A stretch of 16,907 nucleotides of DNA from Candidatus Heimdallarchaeota archaeon (lineage in GTDB: Archaea > Asgardarchaeota > Heimdallarchaeia > Heimdallarchaeales > Heimdallarchaeaceae). A program made the position numbers and the translations under genes. The notes under the pieces were generated by a model that made no database searches, was not told the origin of the DNA, and worked only from the letters and a program-made list of their open reading frames with translations. Below are positions 1 through 7,857 of the stretch, in pieces; the first letter of the stretch is position 1, and each line of letters opens with the position of its first letter. Location of the stretch: positions 1 through 16,907 of the forward strand of contig JAHLWR010000038.1 in NCBI GenBank assembly GCA_019057815.1. The letters are read 5' to 3'.

Positions 1-47
1 CGTTCTTTTTCTTCAGTCACTCTTCTTCTTACTAGTGATTCTGTCAC
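1..47 (-). CDS. Possible 5' end of a gene running off the left edge (MTESLVRRRVTEEKE...), product unknown
   Basis: Only minus frame open from ~47 to the edge. GTG at 47-45 follows an in-frame TAG at 53-51; alternative GTG at 20-18. TATA-like TTTTTAA on the minus strand at 149-143. Only 15 codons are visible. Confidence 0.4.
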   Translation of the reverse strand, partial: MTESLVRRRVTEEKE

Positions 48-94
48 CCTCTATCGCGTGCGGCGACTCTTCAGAACACTTGCTGAAGGGGGTG
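45..94. ncRNA. Candidate structured RNA element (three-way junction), possibly the 5' leader of the minus-strand gene
   Basis: Stems CACCC 45-49/GGGTG 90-94, TCGC 54-57/GCGA 63-66 and CTTCAG 69-74/CTGAAG 83-88. 35/60 G+C in 41-100 versus 14/60 in 121-180. Confidence 0.4.
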
Positions 95-188
95 TGAGAG
101 TGTAAAAGGCTTATTGCGGAAGTACTATTACCATAGAAAAGGTTAAAAAGGGAAATTTTTTTTTAGAACTAATTAAAAGGTGATTAAA

Positions 189-365
189 ATTCCTACAATT
201 GTTGACGAATCATGTTGCGTTGGTTGTGGCGCTTGCGTAGATGTCTGTCCAGAAGATGTCTATGAGTTAATAGATGATATAGCTAAAACGGTTAACAAAG
301 ACAACTGTACTGATTGTGGTTTATGTATAGATGAGTGCCCCAGTGAGTGCATTGACTTTGAATAA
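189..365 (+). CDS. fdx: 2[4Fe-4S] dicluster ferredoxin (start ATT 189, or GTG 180 as in the ORF track)
   Basis: Two CxxCxxCxxxCP motifs (CVGCGACVDVCP, CTDCGLCIDECP); acidic, ~58 aa; AGGTGA at 178-183. Confidence 0.93.
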   Translation: MPTIVDESCCVGCGACVDVCPEDVYELIDDIAKTVNKDNCTDCGLCIDECPSECIDFE

Positions 366-379
366 ACTAGTTAAACTAC

Positions 380-399
380 TTTTTTCTCTTTTTTGTTCC
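380..399 (+). terminator. Oligo-T archaeal terminator of the ferredoxin gene
   Basis: T-rich tract (TTTTTTCTCTTTTTTGTTCC) starting ~15 nt after the stop. Confidence 0.55.
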
Positions 400-483
400 T
401 TTGATCCTAATATGTGTTATTAAGTCTAATTAAAATTCGGGAAAATATTTCTCCTTCCCGTTATCTATTGTTTATGTGACATA

Positions 484-520
484 ATAAAAAAAGAAAGAGA
501 GATTTTGTTTTTTTCTCTTT
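484..520 (-). terminator. T-rich terminator of the 741-aa gene with a weak hairpin
   Basis: Minus strand after the stop reads AAAAGAGAAAAAAACAAAATCTCTCTTTCTTTTTTTA. Confidence 0.5.
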
Positions 521-2746
521 TTATAATAGTGGTTTTGACATACTCATAGCATTTCCTGTAATTAAAAATGACACAGCTTCAGCGAAGTTTGTACTTTGAG
601 ACATGAAACCTACTACTTCTCCTGTTGCTTCATCCGTTGCTGCTATTAGCACTTCTTCTTTTTCCCTTCTAACACCAATGAATTTTGGTGTGTCAGGTCC
701 TTCTCTTAATACTCTTATTTTCACATTTGCTTGAGATTCCAGAACATCAGCTACCCATGGATCTCCTTTGTTTACACTTGTCACTATGGTTATTTGTACT
801 GTACTTGAAAGTTCTTTTATTGCAGCTATTGGTATATATTCCTTTTTAGGTGACATTATCGTTGTATTGTTCTTAGTAGCTTTAATTATTCGTGCAATAT
901 GATCCATAACAGCATCTATTCCTATAATAGTTGATGTTCTAATTTGTAGTGCAGACACTTGTTTTGATGTTGCCTCCAGAGTTTTAAAATCATTACTTAG
1001 AGATTGAGTAGTGCTTACTAAACTATTTGATAATGTATTCAAATATTTCTCTGATTCCTCAACGTAGTTTTTCGCTTCGTCAACTTCATTTCCTAAGCTA
1101 CCAGCTATAAGAGTTCTATTTTCCTGCAATCCTGCCTTAGTTGTTTCTACAATAGAGCTAGCTGTATTTATCATTGAATCAACGCTTTGTTGCAAGAAGT
1201 TACTTAAGTCAGCAGAGAGTGTAGTAATTGTGTCGTTAAGATTGTTTATAGATTCTTGTGTCTGTTCAACTATTTTTGTTTCCTGTTCAGAGAAAAGTTC
1301 ATCAAGATTTTGTACTTGTTGTTTCCATTTCTCATCTACGGTAGTATGATTACGATCCAAACCTTGTGTAATTGTTTCATCAATCTGATCTGTAAGCGTT
1401 TTGAATGATGCTCTAAACGAATTTATACCTTCAACTATACCAGTTGTATTCTCATTAAGTTCTGATGTTAGATTTTCTCCAAAAACCCCAAATCTATTTA
1501 TTGCTTGCTCTCTTATATTTTGGACTATTTGTTTATAATTAGTCAAGGTTTCATTAAAATGGGCTTCTAGTTTTTGATTGAAAACATCTCTCTCACTGAT
1601 TAGATTATTTTTCTGCGTTTGTTCATCATTTTGAAACTCAGTGAATTTTATTGCCATCTTGTCCTTAATTCCAGTTATTGTAGAATAAATTGCAGAGTTT
1701 TTATTTTCCACTAATTCGTTTATCGCTTCTTCTTTTACTTGATGTAAATGATTACTCATCGAATCAATTGCTTCTTGAAGTTTTGTTGAAAAATTCGTTA
1801 CTTTATTATTTAGAATGGTGCCTAGTTTACCATTTAAATCTTCAAGAGATGTAGAAACAACATCCGAAAGCTGATCTATTGTTTCCCCTGCTTTTCTTGA
1901 TACAATAGAAGAGAATTCCAAATTTTTCTCTGTTTGAGCTTGATTAAATTCTCTTACATCTATTTTTGTTTTATCAATATCAGTTTCAAGTAAACTTGCA
2001 ATAGAATCAACTTCATTAGTATAAGACTCTGTTAATTGTTCCATTTTTGATTTGATGGTAGATGATACAACCTGGATTTTTTCAATCGATTGTGTAGAAC
2101 TCTGTTCGACTTTTGTTTTAGCTGATTGTATTTGTGTTGCATTAGATTGTTTAATATCAGAGATTGTATCACTTAGGTTGTTTTGGAATTCTACCATGTT
2201 GGATTTAATATCGTCAATAGATCCGTTCATAGAAGATATAATTGAAACTTTCTGTGTTTCTTGTAAGGATGTTATGTTATCTTTAAGTTCATTTGATTTT
2301 CTAGATAATTCTTCATCTTGTTGTTTATTGCTATTTTGTATATCTGTAGTAAACTGGGTAAATTTAGCATCTATTTCTGTGCCCTTTTGAGAGACAGAAT
2401 CTGTTAACTGAGTTCTTAAACTGTCTACAATTGTATGAAAATTAGTTTTTTTCTCTCTTAAGAACGTTGAAGATTCCTTTAAATGTTCTCTTATTTCATT
2501 GCTCATTTTTTCGCTCGATTCTCCCAAATAATCTAGAGGAATTCTACAGTAATATTTTTCTATATATCCTTCTGAAAATCCAGCTGCTCCCTTTGCAGCT
2601 AATCCTTCTAAAGCTTTTTGAACTATAGAATAATGTAAATTTCCGAGACTACAGATTTCAATTGCTGTTAATTGCCCATAACCCAAAAGAAGTTGGTAGA
2701 TCTGCTTTTCTTCCATAGTCATTTCTAATCTTTCAATAAACGACAT
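521..2746 (-). CDS. TrmB-like winged-helix protein with a ~530-aa hendecad helical/coiled-coil insert and a C-terminal TrmB/PLD-like alpha/beta domain
   Basis: N-terminus EEKQIYQLLLGYGQLTAIEI...ALEGLAAKG...KYYCRIP fits the TrmB wHTH pattern. C-terminus IIGIDAVMDHIARIIKATKNNTTIMSP...QITIVT...NVKIR...EKEEVLI fits the TrmB effector domain. GGTGA at 2758-2754. Confidence 0.8.
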   Translation of the reverse strand: MSFIERLEMTMEEKQIYQLLLGYGQLTAIEICSLGNLHYSIVQKALEGLAAKGAAGFSEGYIEKYYCRIPLDYLGESSEKMSNEIREHLKESSTFLREKKTNFHTIVDSLRTQLTDSVSQKGTEIDAKFTQFTTDIQNSNKQQDEELSRKSNELKDNITSLQETQKVSIISSMNGSIDDIKSNMVEFQNNLSDTISDIKQSNATQIQSAKTKVEQSSTQSIEKIQVVSSTIKSKMEQLTESYTNEVDSIASLLETDIDKTKIDVREFNQAQTEKNLEFSSIVSRKAGETIDQLSDVVSTSLEDLNGKLGTILNNKVTNFSTKLQEAIDSMSNHLHQVKEEAINELVENKNSAIYSTITGIKDKMAIKFTEFQNDEQTQKNNLISERDVFNQKLEAHFNETLTNYKQIVQNIREQAINRFGVFGENLTSELNENTTGIVEGINSFRASFKTLTDQIDETITQGLDRNHTTVDEKWKQQVQNLDELFSEQETKIVEQTQESINNLNDTITTLSADLSNFLQQSVDSMINTASSIVETTKAGLQENRTLIAGSLGNEVDEAKNYVEESEKYLNTLSNSLVSTTQSLSNDFKTLEATSKQVSALQIRTSTIIGIDAVMDHIARIIKATKNNTTIMSPKKEYIPIAAIKELSSTVQITIVTSVNKGDPWVADVLESQANVKIRVLREGPDTPKFIGVRREKEEVLIAATDEATGEVVGFMSQSTNFAEAVSFLITGNAMSMSKPLL

Positions 2747-2798
2747 GTTTTTTTCACCAATTTTAATTATTGAAGACTCCTTAAATTAAAGGATTTTT

Positions 2799-2814
2799 AA
2801 TCTTTCGAAAGATT
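2799..2814. promoter_or_regulatory. Perfect 16-bp palindrome AATCTTTCGAAAGATT overlapping the putative BRE/TATA of the 741-aa gene
   Basis: Exact self-reverse-complement. Minus strand reads CGAAAGA-TTAAAAA ~50 nt upstream of the ATG. Confidence 0.6.
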
Positions 2815-2947
2815 GGTATTTTTACACAGTTCACATTTTTGATATCTAAAAAATCAGCAGATTGTAAAATAAGACAAAGATAAAGATAAACAAGTTTAAG
2901 AATCATATTTAACTTATACAATTCATCATTAATTCATCGGTAGAAAA

Positions 2948-3571
2948 ATGGTAGAATACGAAATTGTATCTTGGGATCAAAGTTATCAGATGACATTTTA
3001 TCTATTCCAAAAAATAGCTGAAAGTGGGTTTTATCCTGATGTTATTGTTGGGATAGCTAGGGGAGGATGGATACCTGCCCGACTATTAGCAGATTTTTTT
3101 GGCAATAAAAGAACAGCAAATCTTAAGATTGAATTTTACGATAACACTACTAGATCTACAGATGAACCAATAATAACCCAAGAAATTTCTGAAAATGTTG
3201 AAGGTAAAACTGTTTTAATTGTAGATGATGTGGCAGACTCAGGAAAGAGTCTTTCTGCAGCCATCAAACATATAAAAGTAAAAAAACCTTTAGAAATGAA
3301 ATCCGCCACATTGTACTACAAGAAACATAGTATCATAAAACCGGATTATTATATTAAAGAAACAAAAAATTGGGTTGTTTACCCTTGGGAAACAGGAGAA
3401 ACAATTAGTTTTCTTTACAACAAATTAAAAGATAAGAAGTCCCCAAAGGAAATAAAGAGCTATATCAAAGATATTGGTATTGGTTCACCACTTGTAGAAG
3501 CATATTTCTCTCTAATCCTTGAACAAGAGAAAAGGAATGATTTAAATGGAAGAAAAAGATGGAAACGCTAA
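2948..3571 (+). CDS. Type I phosphoribosyltransferase, purine salvage (hypoxanthine/xanthine/guanine PRT-like)
   Basis: VIVGIARGGWIPARLLAD; PRPP-binding VLIVDDVADSGKS; KPDYY...WVVYPWE. Confidence 0.9.
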   Translation: MVEYEIVSWDQSYQMTFYLFQKIAESGFYPDVIVGIARGGWIPARLLADFFGNKRTANLKIEFYDNTTRSTDEPIITQEISENVEGKTVLIVDDVADSGKSLSAAIKHIKVKKPLEMKSATLYYKKHSIIKPDYYIKETKNWVVYPWETGETISFLYNKLKDKKSPKEIKSYIKDIGIGSPLVEAYFSLILEQEKRNDLNGRKRWKR

Positions 3572-3848
3572 CGAATTATTAGATAATGAAGTTCTTGAGA
3601 GAGTTAATATTGGTGTTGTAGCTGTATCACTAAGCATGTATGATGAAGGCATGACTTTAGAAGAACTAGCTGAAGTTACAGGAATCAATGAAACAAGTGT
3701 AAAAGATATTTTAGGGGTTCTAGCGAAGAAAGGAATGGTTAAGAAAAAAATCACATCTGACGTTTATATCGTGATTAACTTCAAAAAATTGCTCCACTAT
3801 CTTGTTGAAAGTGGACTAGTTTTTCCAATTAGTGACTTAAAACAATAA
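3546..3848 (+). CDS. Small winged helix-turn-helix protein
   Basis: GMTLEELAEVTGINETSVKDILGVLAKKGMVKK...VY is a typical wHTH pattern; overlaps the PRTase 3' end by 26 nt. Confidence 0.8.
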   Translation: MEEKDGNANELLDNEVLERVNIGVVAVSLSMYDEGMTLEELAEVTGINETSVKDILGVLAKKGMVKKKITSDVYIVINFKKLLHYLVESGLVFPISDLKQ

Positions 3849-3853
3849 TTCAT

Positions 3854-5392
3854 TCAGTTAAAGAACTTCTCTAATGAAGCTTGTGAGGGCTTTTTCTTTT
3901 TATCTTTTTTTCCTTTTGTGTCTTTCTCTTTTAATACAGGGGGTGTTTTCTCTGTTTTTTCTAGTTCAGGTTTGGTTTGAGAGAGATCCTTTGTAGAAGG
4001 GGTTTGAAGTAGCGCTTTTGTTTGTTTTATTCCTTTCTTTTTGGGTTTCTTTGTAAAGTCTAATATGTTTATTGGTTTTACTTCTTTAGCTTCTCCTATC
4101 CATGCTTCAGCCATCTGTTGATATGCCAGCTCATAGTGTTTCATTATTTCTTGAGTAACCTTATTAGAACCACCAGTTAGAAAGTCAACATCATCTTGAT
4201 CAAATCTAAGCCATACTGCAATCCCTGCAGCCATTCTGGGATCAGTTCGAAAAATTATTCTCAAATACGGATAGATATCATTTTCAAACAATTTTGTTGA
4301 GCTATGAAGTTTTTGTGCAGCTTTATCTGACATTTTTTTTATCTTAGCCTTTCTCACCCTGAATTTTCCCATTAATCCCCAATAACTAGGAAAACCGAAA
4401 TTAGAATATTTAAAGGAAGATTCTTTTACCAAACCAACTGATGATATGAATTGAAAAAAGTATTTTAGAAACTTCCATTCTTGTTTGATATAACATTGTG
4501 AAAGATAGAAATCGGCTTCTGAAATAAGCTCGTACATATTAAGAGTCTCTTCATTATTTGCTGCTTGTTTATATGCGTGCTCATAAACATACATCAACAG
4601 CTCTCTGTAATCAAGATCAGCACCTTCTATTGCTCTTTTTGCAGATTGTAGATCCTTGGCCATGAAAATGTTGGTAAGAACTTGATTCAAATTTTGTTCT
4701 TGATTTCGGGGTGAAAACGTGATATCTTCAAAGGTTGCACTAAAAGCTACTCCTTCTAAATCGTTAATAGCTGAACGCGCATCTCCATGTGAATTTGTTG
4801 CTATTTTTGCTAAAATATCTTCAGTTATAGAAAGACTTTCCTTTTTTATTATTCTTTTAAGCAGAGTCAAAATTTCATGATCCTTCAATCTTTCAAAATT
4901 AAAAACCCGCATAGATTTCTTTGCTGCTTTAAGAGCGGCAGCTTTAGGATCATTAGCAGTACATATTATAGGTATACGTGCTCTTTCAACAACTTTAGCA
5001 AGAGCTTTTGCTCCACCTCTATCTTCATTCCCGAATAGACCATCAGCTTCGTCAACAAGTATTAATTTTTTTACTCGAGCGCCTTGTAGAACAGTTCCTT
5101 CCGTAGATGATAATCCTACAGTTCTTTCTATAGCTTTCTTATTTCTTTTATCGCTAGCGTTTACCTCAACAAATTCAAAACCATACTTATTAACAAGGTA
5201 TAGAACGACACTTGTTTTCCCTACTCCAGCAGGTCCTGAAAGCCAAGCAGTTTTCTTTCTCTCTTGTTTCCAGTTTTTAAGCCAACCCTCTAAGGCCCTA
5301 ACTTCAGCTATGTTACCTACAAAGTCTTCAAAGGTTTTTGGTCTGTATTTTTCAACCCAAGGGATGGTTATTGAGGAACTTTGCAAAGCCAT
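3854..5392 (-). CDS. rfcL: Replication factor C large subunit
   Basis: PWVEKYRP, Walker A GPAGVGKT, EVNASD, Walker B ILVDEAD, GDARSAINDL and C-terminal PIP box QASLEKFF. ATG 5392 preferred because TTTTTTATAT (5430-5421) suggests a leaderless mRNA. Confidence 0.95.
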   Translation of the reverse strand: MALQSSSITIPWVEKYRPKTFEDFVGNIAEVRALEGWLKNWKQERKKTAWLSGPAGVGKTSVVLYLVNKYGFEFVEVNASDKRNKKAIERTVGLSSTEGTVLQGARVKKLILVDEADGLFGNEDRGGAKALAKVVERARIPIICTANDPKAAALKAAKKSMRVFNFERLKDHEILTLLKRIIKKESLSITEDILAKIATNSHGDARSAINDLEGVAFSATFEDITFSPRNQEQNLNQVLTNIFMAKDLQSAKRAIEGADLDYRELLMYVYEHAYKQAANNEETLNMYELISEADFYLSQCYIKQEWKFLKYFFQFISSVGLVKESSFKYSNFGFPSYWGLMGKFRVRKAKIKKMSDKAAQKLHSSTKLFENDIYPYLRIIFRTDPRMAAGIAVWLRFDQDDVDFLTGGSNKVTQEIMKHYELAYQQMAEAWIGEAKEVKPINILDFTKKPKKKGIKQTKALLQTPSTKDLSQTKPELEKTEKTPPVLKEKDTKGKKDKKKKPSQASLEKFFN

Positions 5393-5491
5393 GATGGTTA
5401 AATAAATCAACAATATTTCAATATAAAAAACATGTGGATACTAAATCAGTAAATTATACAAAAAAGTGTAAAGATTGGAATATTTAATTTG

Positions 5492-6106
5492 TTACTCTTC
5501 TGAACTTGTATCATCTACTTTTTCTTTTCTAAACAACATTTTGCCTAAAATACCTCCAATTGCTCCTCCAACAAGTCCAAGAATTATTACAAAGATGAAA
5601 GAGCCTACGAACAAAGCGATTAGAAATGTTACAATGAAGAGAGGAAAACCACTCATACCAGCTTCACCCGACTTAATAGAAGCGGTTAGCACAGCAAATA
5701 GAAAATCTAGAAAAATGAATGACCAAATTGCAGAAGACATTCCAGATTTTAATCCACCTCTTGAAGCTAACCCGCCCACAAAAGCTCCAATAAGCCAAAT
5801 GAGAAGTATTAGGAAATATAAACCAGCATGTCCACTAAAAGACGAATTAAGATTGTATTCTTTCAATAATGGAATTGGCAATGGTATGTCAAAATTGAAT
5901 GGTATAAATAAATTTACAACTACTAACATTAGTAAAATTATCCATAAATGACCAGCAGCACCAGCTTGTTCTACTAATGCTGTATTTGCATCTTTTACTG
6001 CTTGTACATCTATGGTTGGCCACAGAATTAGCATCAAACCAACTATCACGGTTGTACAAGTAGTAAAACCGATGAGGGTACGTTTCAAATGTTTAAACAA
6101 AAACAT
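5492..6106 (-). CDS. Multi-pass membrane protein with GxxxG-rich helices (DUF5518-like, tentative)
   Basis: About five to six hydrophobic segments; WLIGAFVGGLASRGG and GLVGGAIGGILGK; charged tail. ATG 6106 preferred over 6133 (TAAATATT at 6140-6133). Confidence 0.75.
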   Translation of the reverse strand: MFLFKHLKRTLIGFTTCTTVIVGLMLILWPTIDVQAVKDANTALVEQAGAAGHLWIILLMLVVVNLFIPFNFDIPLPIPLLKEYNLNSSFSGHAGLYFLILLIWLIGAFVGGLASRGGLKSGMSSAIWSFIFLDFLFAVLTASIKSGEAGMSGFPLFIVTFLIALFVGSFIFVIILGLVGGAIGGILGKMLFRKEKVDDTSSEE

Positions 6107-6200
6107 AACACTCAATATAACATAGCATATCAAATATTTAGAGTTTTGCTTTCACCTTTGACATTATTTGATGAAGGAATTTGTTCTATATGTGACCTAT

Positions 6201-6956
6201 TTAAAATATAAGGGACAAACAAGTTAAAGCTCCCTCACATTTTTCGAATTCACTCATATCTAGAGATAATACCTCAAAGCCTGTTTCTTTTACCATCTCT
6301 ACGACATTTGGAAACTTGGTAGACATAACGACTGCACCTTCAATTATCAAGCAATTTGTTGCGTAATATTCCTCATTTGGTACAACTATTGAGTAGAATT
6401 TTTCGAGGCAAGGATGATTCTGGTAAGCCATTGTGACAAGAATGGTTTTCTTCCCAATATAATTCACATAGCTTTTGAGGTGTACAATGGTATTATCGAT
6501 AATTGTGTCAACTTGCACCTTCAACCAAGATCGCATTTGAGCTACTCCTTCCATATTTGTTCTCTGAGTGACTCCACTGATTAAATGAGATGGCAAATGA
6601 ATAACATCTCCACCTTCTATAGTTGCAGGAGAAAAAGCTCTTTTAATATCAAAAAACTCATCTAATAGCTTTTCTACTTCAAAGTCTTCTCCTCTTCTAC
6701 TCTCTTTGGCCATTCTTGTTACAAATGCTCTTTTTCCTTGAACCACAGCAGTGTCTTCAACAAAACATGCATCAGGTTTACCATCTATTGGAAGTAACTT
6801 TATCACTTCAAGCCCAAGATTGGATAAAGTCTCACAGTAGTTATGGTGTTGCTTCTTTGCTTTAGATATATTGAGAGTATGATGAAGTGGATGGCTAGAA
6901 ATACATTTTCTATAGTTTTTTCCTGGTTCTCTAACTATAGCACATTTAGCTTTCAT
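6201..6956 (-). CDS. Dimethylarginine dimethylaminohydrolase / amidinotransferase (pentein) family enzyme
   Basis: PDACFVEDTAVV, RRGE, IEGGDV, VHLKS, EFEKCEGALTCLS; catalytic His and Cys present. Confidence 0.9.
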   Translation of the reverse strand: MKAKCAIVREPGKNYRKCISSHPLHHTLNISKAKKQHHNYCETLSNLGLEVIKLLPIDGKPDACFVEDTAVVQGKRAFVTRMAKESRRGEDFEVEKLLDEFFDIKRAFSPATIEGGDVIHLPSHLISGVTQRTNMEGVAQMRSWLKVQVDTIIDNTIVHLKSYVNYIGKKTILVTMAYQNHPCLEKFYSIVVPNEEYYATNCLIIEGAVVMSTKFPNVVEMVKETGFEVLSLDMSEFEKCEGALTCLSLIF

Positions 6957-7023
6957 TCTTCCACATAATTCTTTCTGGGATTAATTTATATATTTAGCTC
7001 TTTTAATTGCACATGGATATCTA

Positions 7024-7854
7024 ATGGTACTTATAGGTCAAACTCTTCAAGCACATAAAGGCTTAACAACTGAACACCTTCTACGTTTCACTCGTCTTCT
7101 TGGATTTGAATTATGTGAAATTAACCCAGCTGGTACATCGTTAGAAAATGTAGATAAAATCATCCCTCTTGTAGGTAATATGCCACTAACTTTTCACCTT
7201 CCAATAAAAGGTATTGAAAATTTTGAATTTGCACAACCAAACAAAAAAGATGAAATCAAGAGTGTAATTAAACTAATAAATAATAATAAAGAGGACTTAA
7301 ATCTGATTTTGGGGGTATTTCACCCTCCAGAAGCTGAGAATGGAAACCTTAAAACATTAATTGAAAATTTGAGTCAACTTGATATTAAATTGGTTGTAGA
7401 AAATGTTCCAGATTATACTGATAATGAATTTCTTGAGATTTATAACACGCTTAAGGATCATTTAGGTGAACAGCTAAAAGGGTGGTTGTTTGATGTCGCA
7501 CATTCCTATTTAGTGAATGGTCCTTCAAATTTTATGGAAATTCTAAATATTCTTCCTTTTAAAGAACTGGAGGAAATTCATCTATCTGATTGTCTTGAGG
7601 ATCGTGATGCGCACTACGCCTTTGGAGCTGGTGTTTTGCCAATAGACGAGATTTTAAGAGAAATTAAAGACAGGAAATATGACAAAATTATTGTAAATGA
7701 AATAGATGCTTATCCCTCGATTTGGAGTGTAATTGACTCATACAGAATGGTTGCAAAATTATTCAAAAAAAGCCTTTATAGAAAAGTAACATTCCGATAC
7801 AGACTCGTAAAACCACTCATTCAAAAAAAGTTGAGTAAAGCTGGCATCTCCTAA
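7024..7854 (+). CDS. Sugar phosphate isomerase/epimerase, xylose isomerase-like (AP endonuclease 2) TIM barrel
   Basis: TFHLP, VFHP, VVENV, FDVAH, IHLSD, DAH...GAG, VNE metal-binding pattern. Confidence 0.85.
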   Translation: MVLIGQTLQAHKGLTTEHLLRFTRLLGFELCEINPAGTSLENVDKIIPLVGNMPLTFHLPIKGIENFEFAQPNKKDEIKSVIKLINNNKEDLNLILGVFHPPEAENGNLKTLIENLSQLDIKLVVENVPDYTDNEFLEIYNTLKDHLGEQLKGWLFDVAHSYLVNGPSNFMEILNILPFKELEEIHLSDCLEDRDAHYAFGAGVLPIDEILREIKDRKYDKIIVNEIDAYPSIWSVIDSYRMVAKLFKKSLYRKVTFRYRLVKPLIQKKLSKAGIS

Positions 7855-7857
7855 AGT

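Noticed and set aside
41-100. tRNA or SECIS interpretation of the GC-rich element
   Set aside because: Only two internal arms, no T-loop consensus, and no gene here needs in-frame TGA readthrough.
438-460. CGGGAA...TTCCCG inverted repeat between convergent genes
   Set aside because: A 6-bp stem in a terminator region; too weak to call separately.
2052-2390. 112-aa plus-strand ORF
   Set aside because: Antisense shadow of the 741-aa gene; no motif.
521-2746. SMC/Rad50 or chemoreceptor annotation for the 741-aa protein
   Set aside because: No Walker A/B or ABC signature, no TM segments, and no MCP hairpin-tip motif.
3546-3571. Programmed frameshift fusing the PRTase and the wHTH
   Set aside because: It would need a +1 shift within 26 nt with no recognised signal; the wHTH has its own ATG right after an in-frame TAA.
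3542-3754. 70-aa minus-strand ORF
   Set aside because: Antisense to the wHTH gene.
5475-5951. 158-aa plus-strand ORF
   Set aside because: Antisense mirror of the Gly/hydrophobic codons of the membrane-protein gene.
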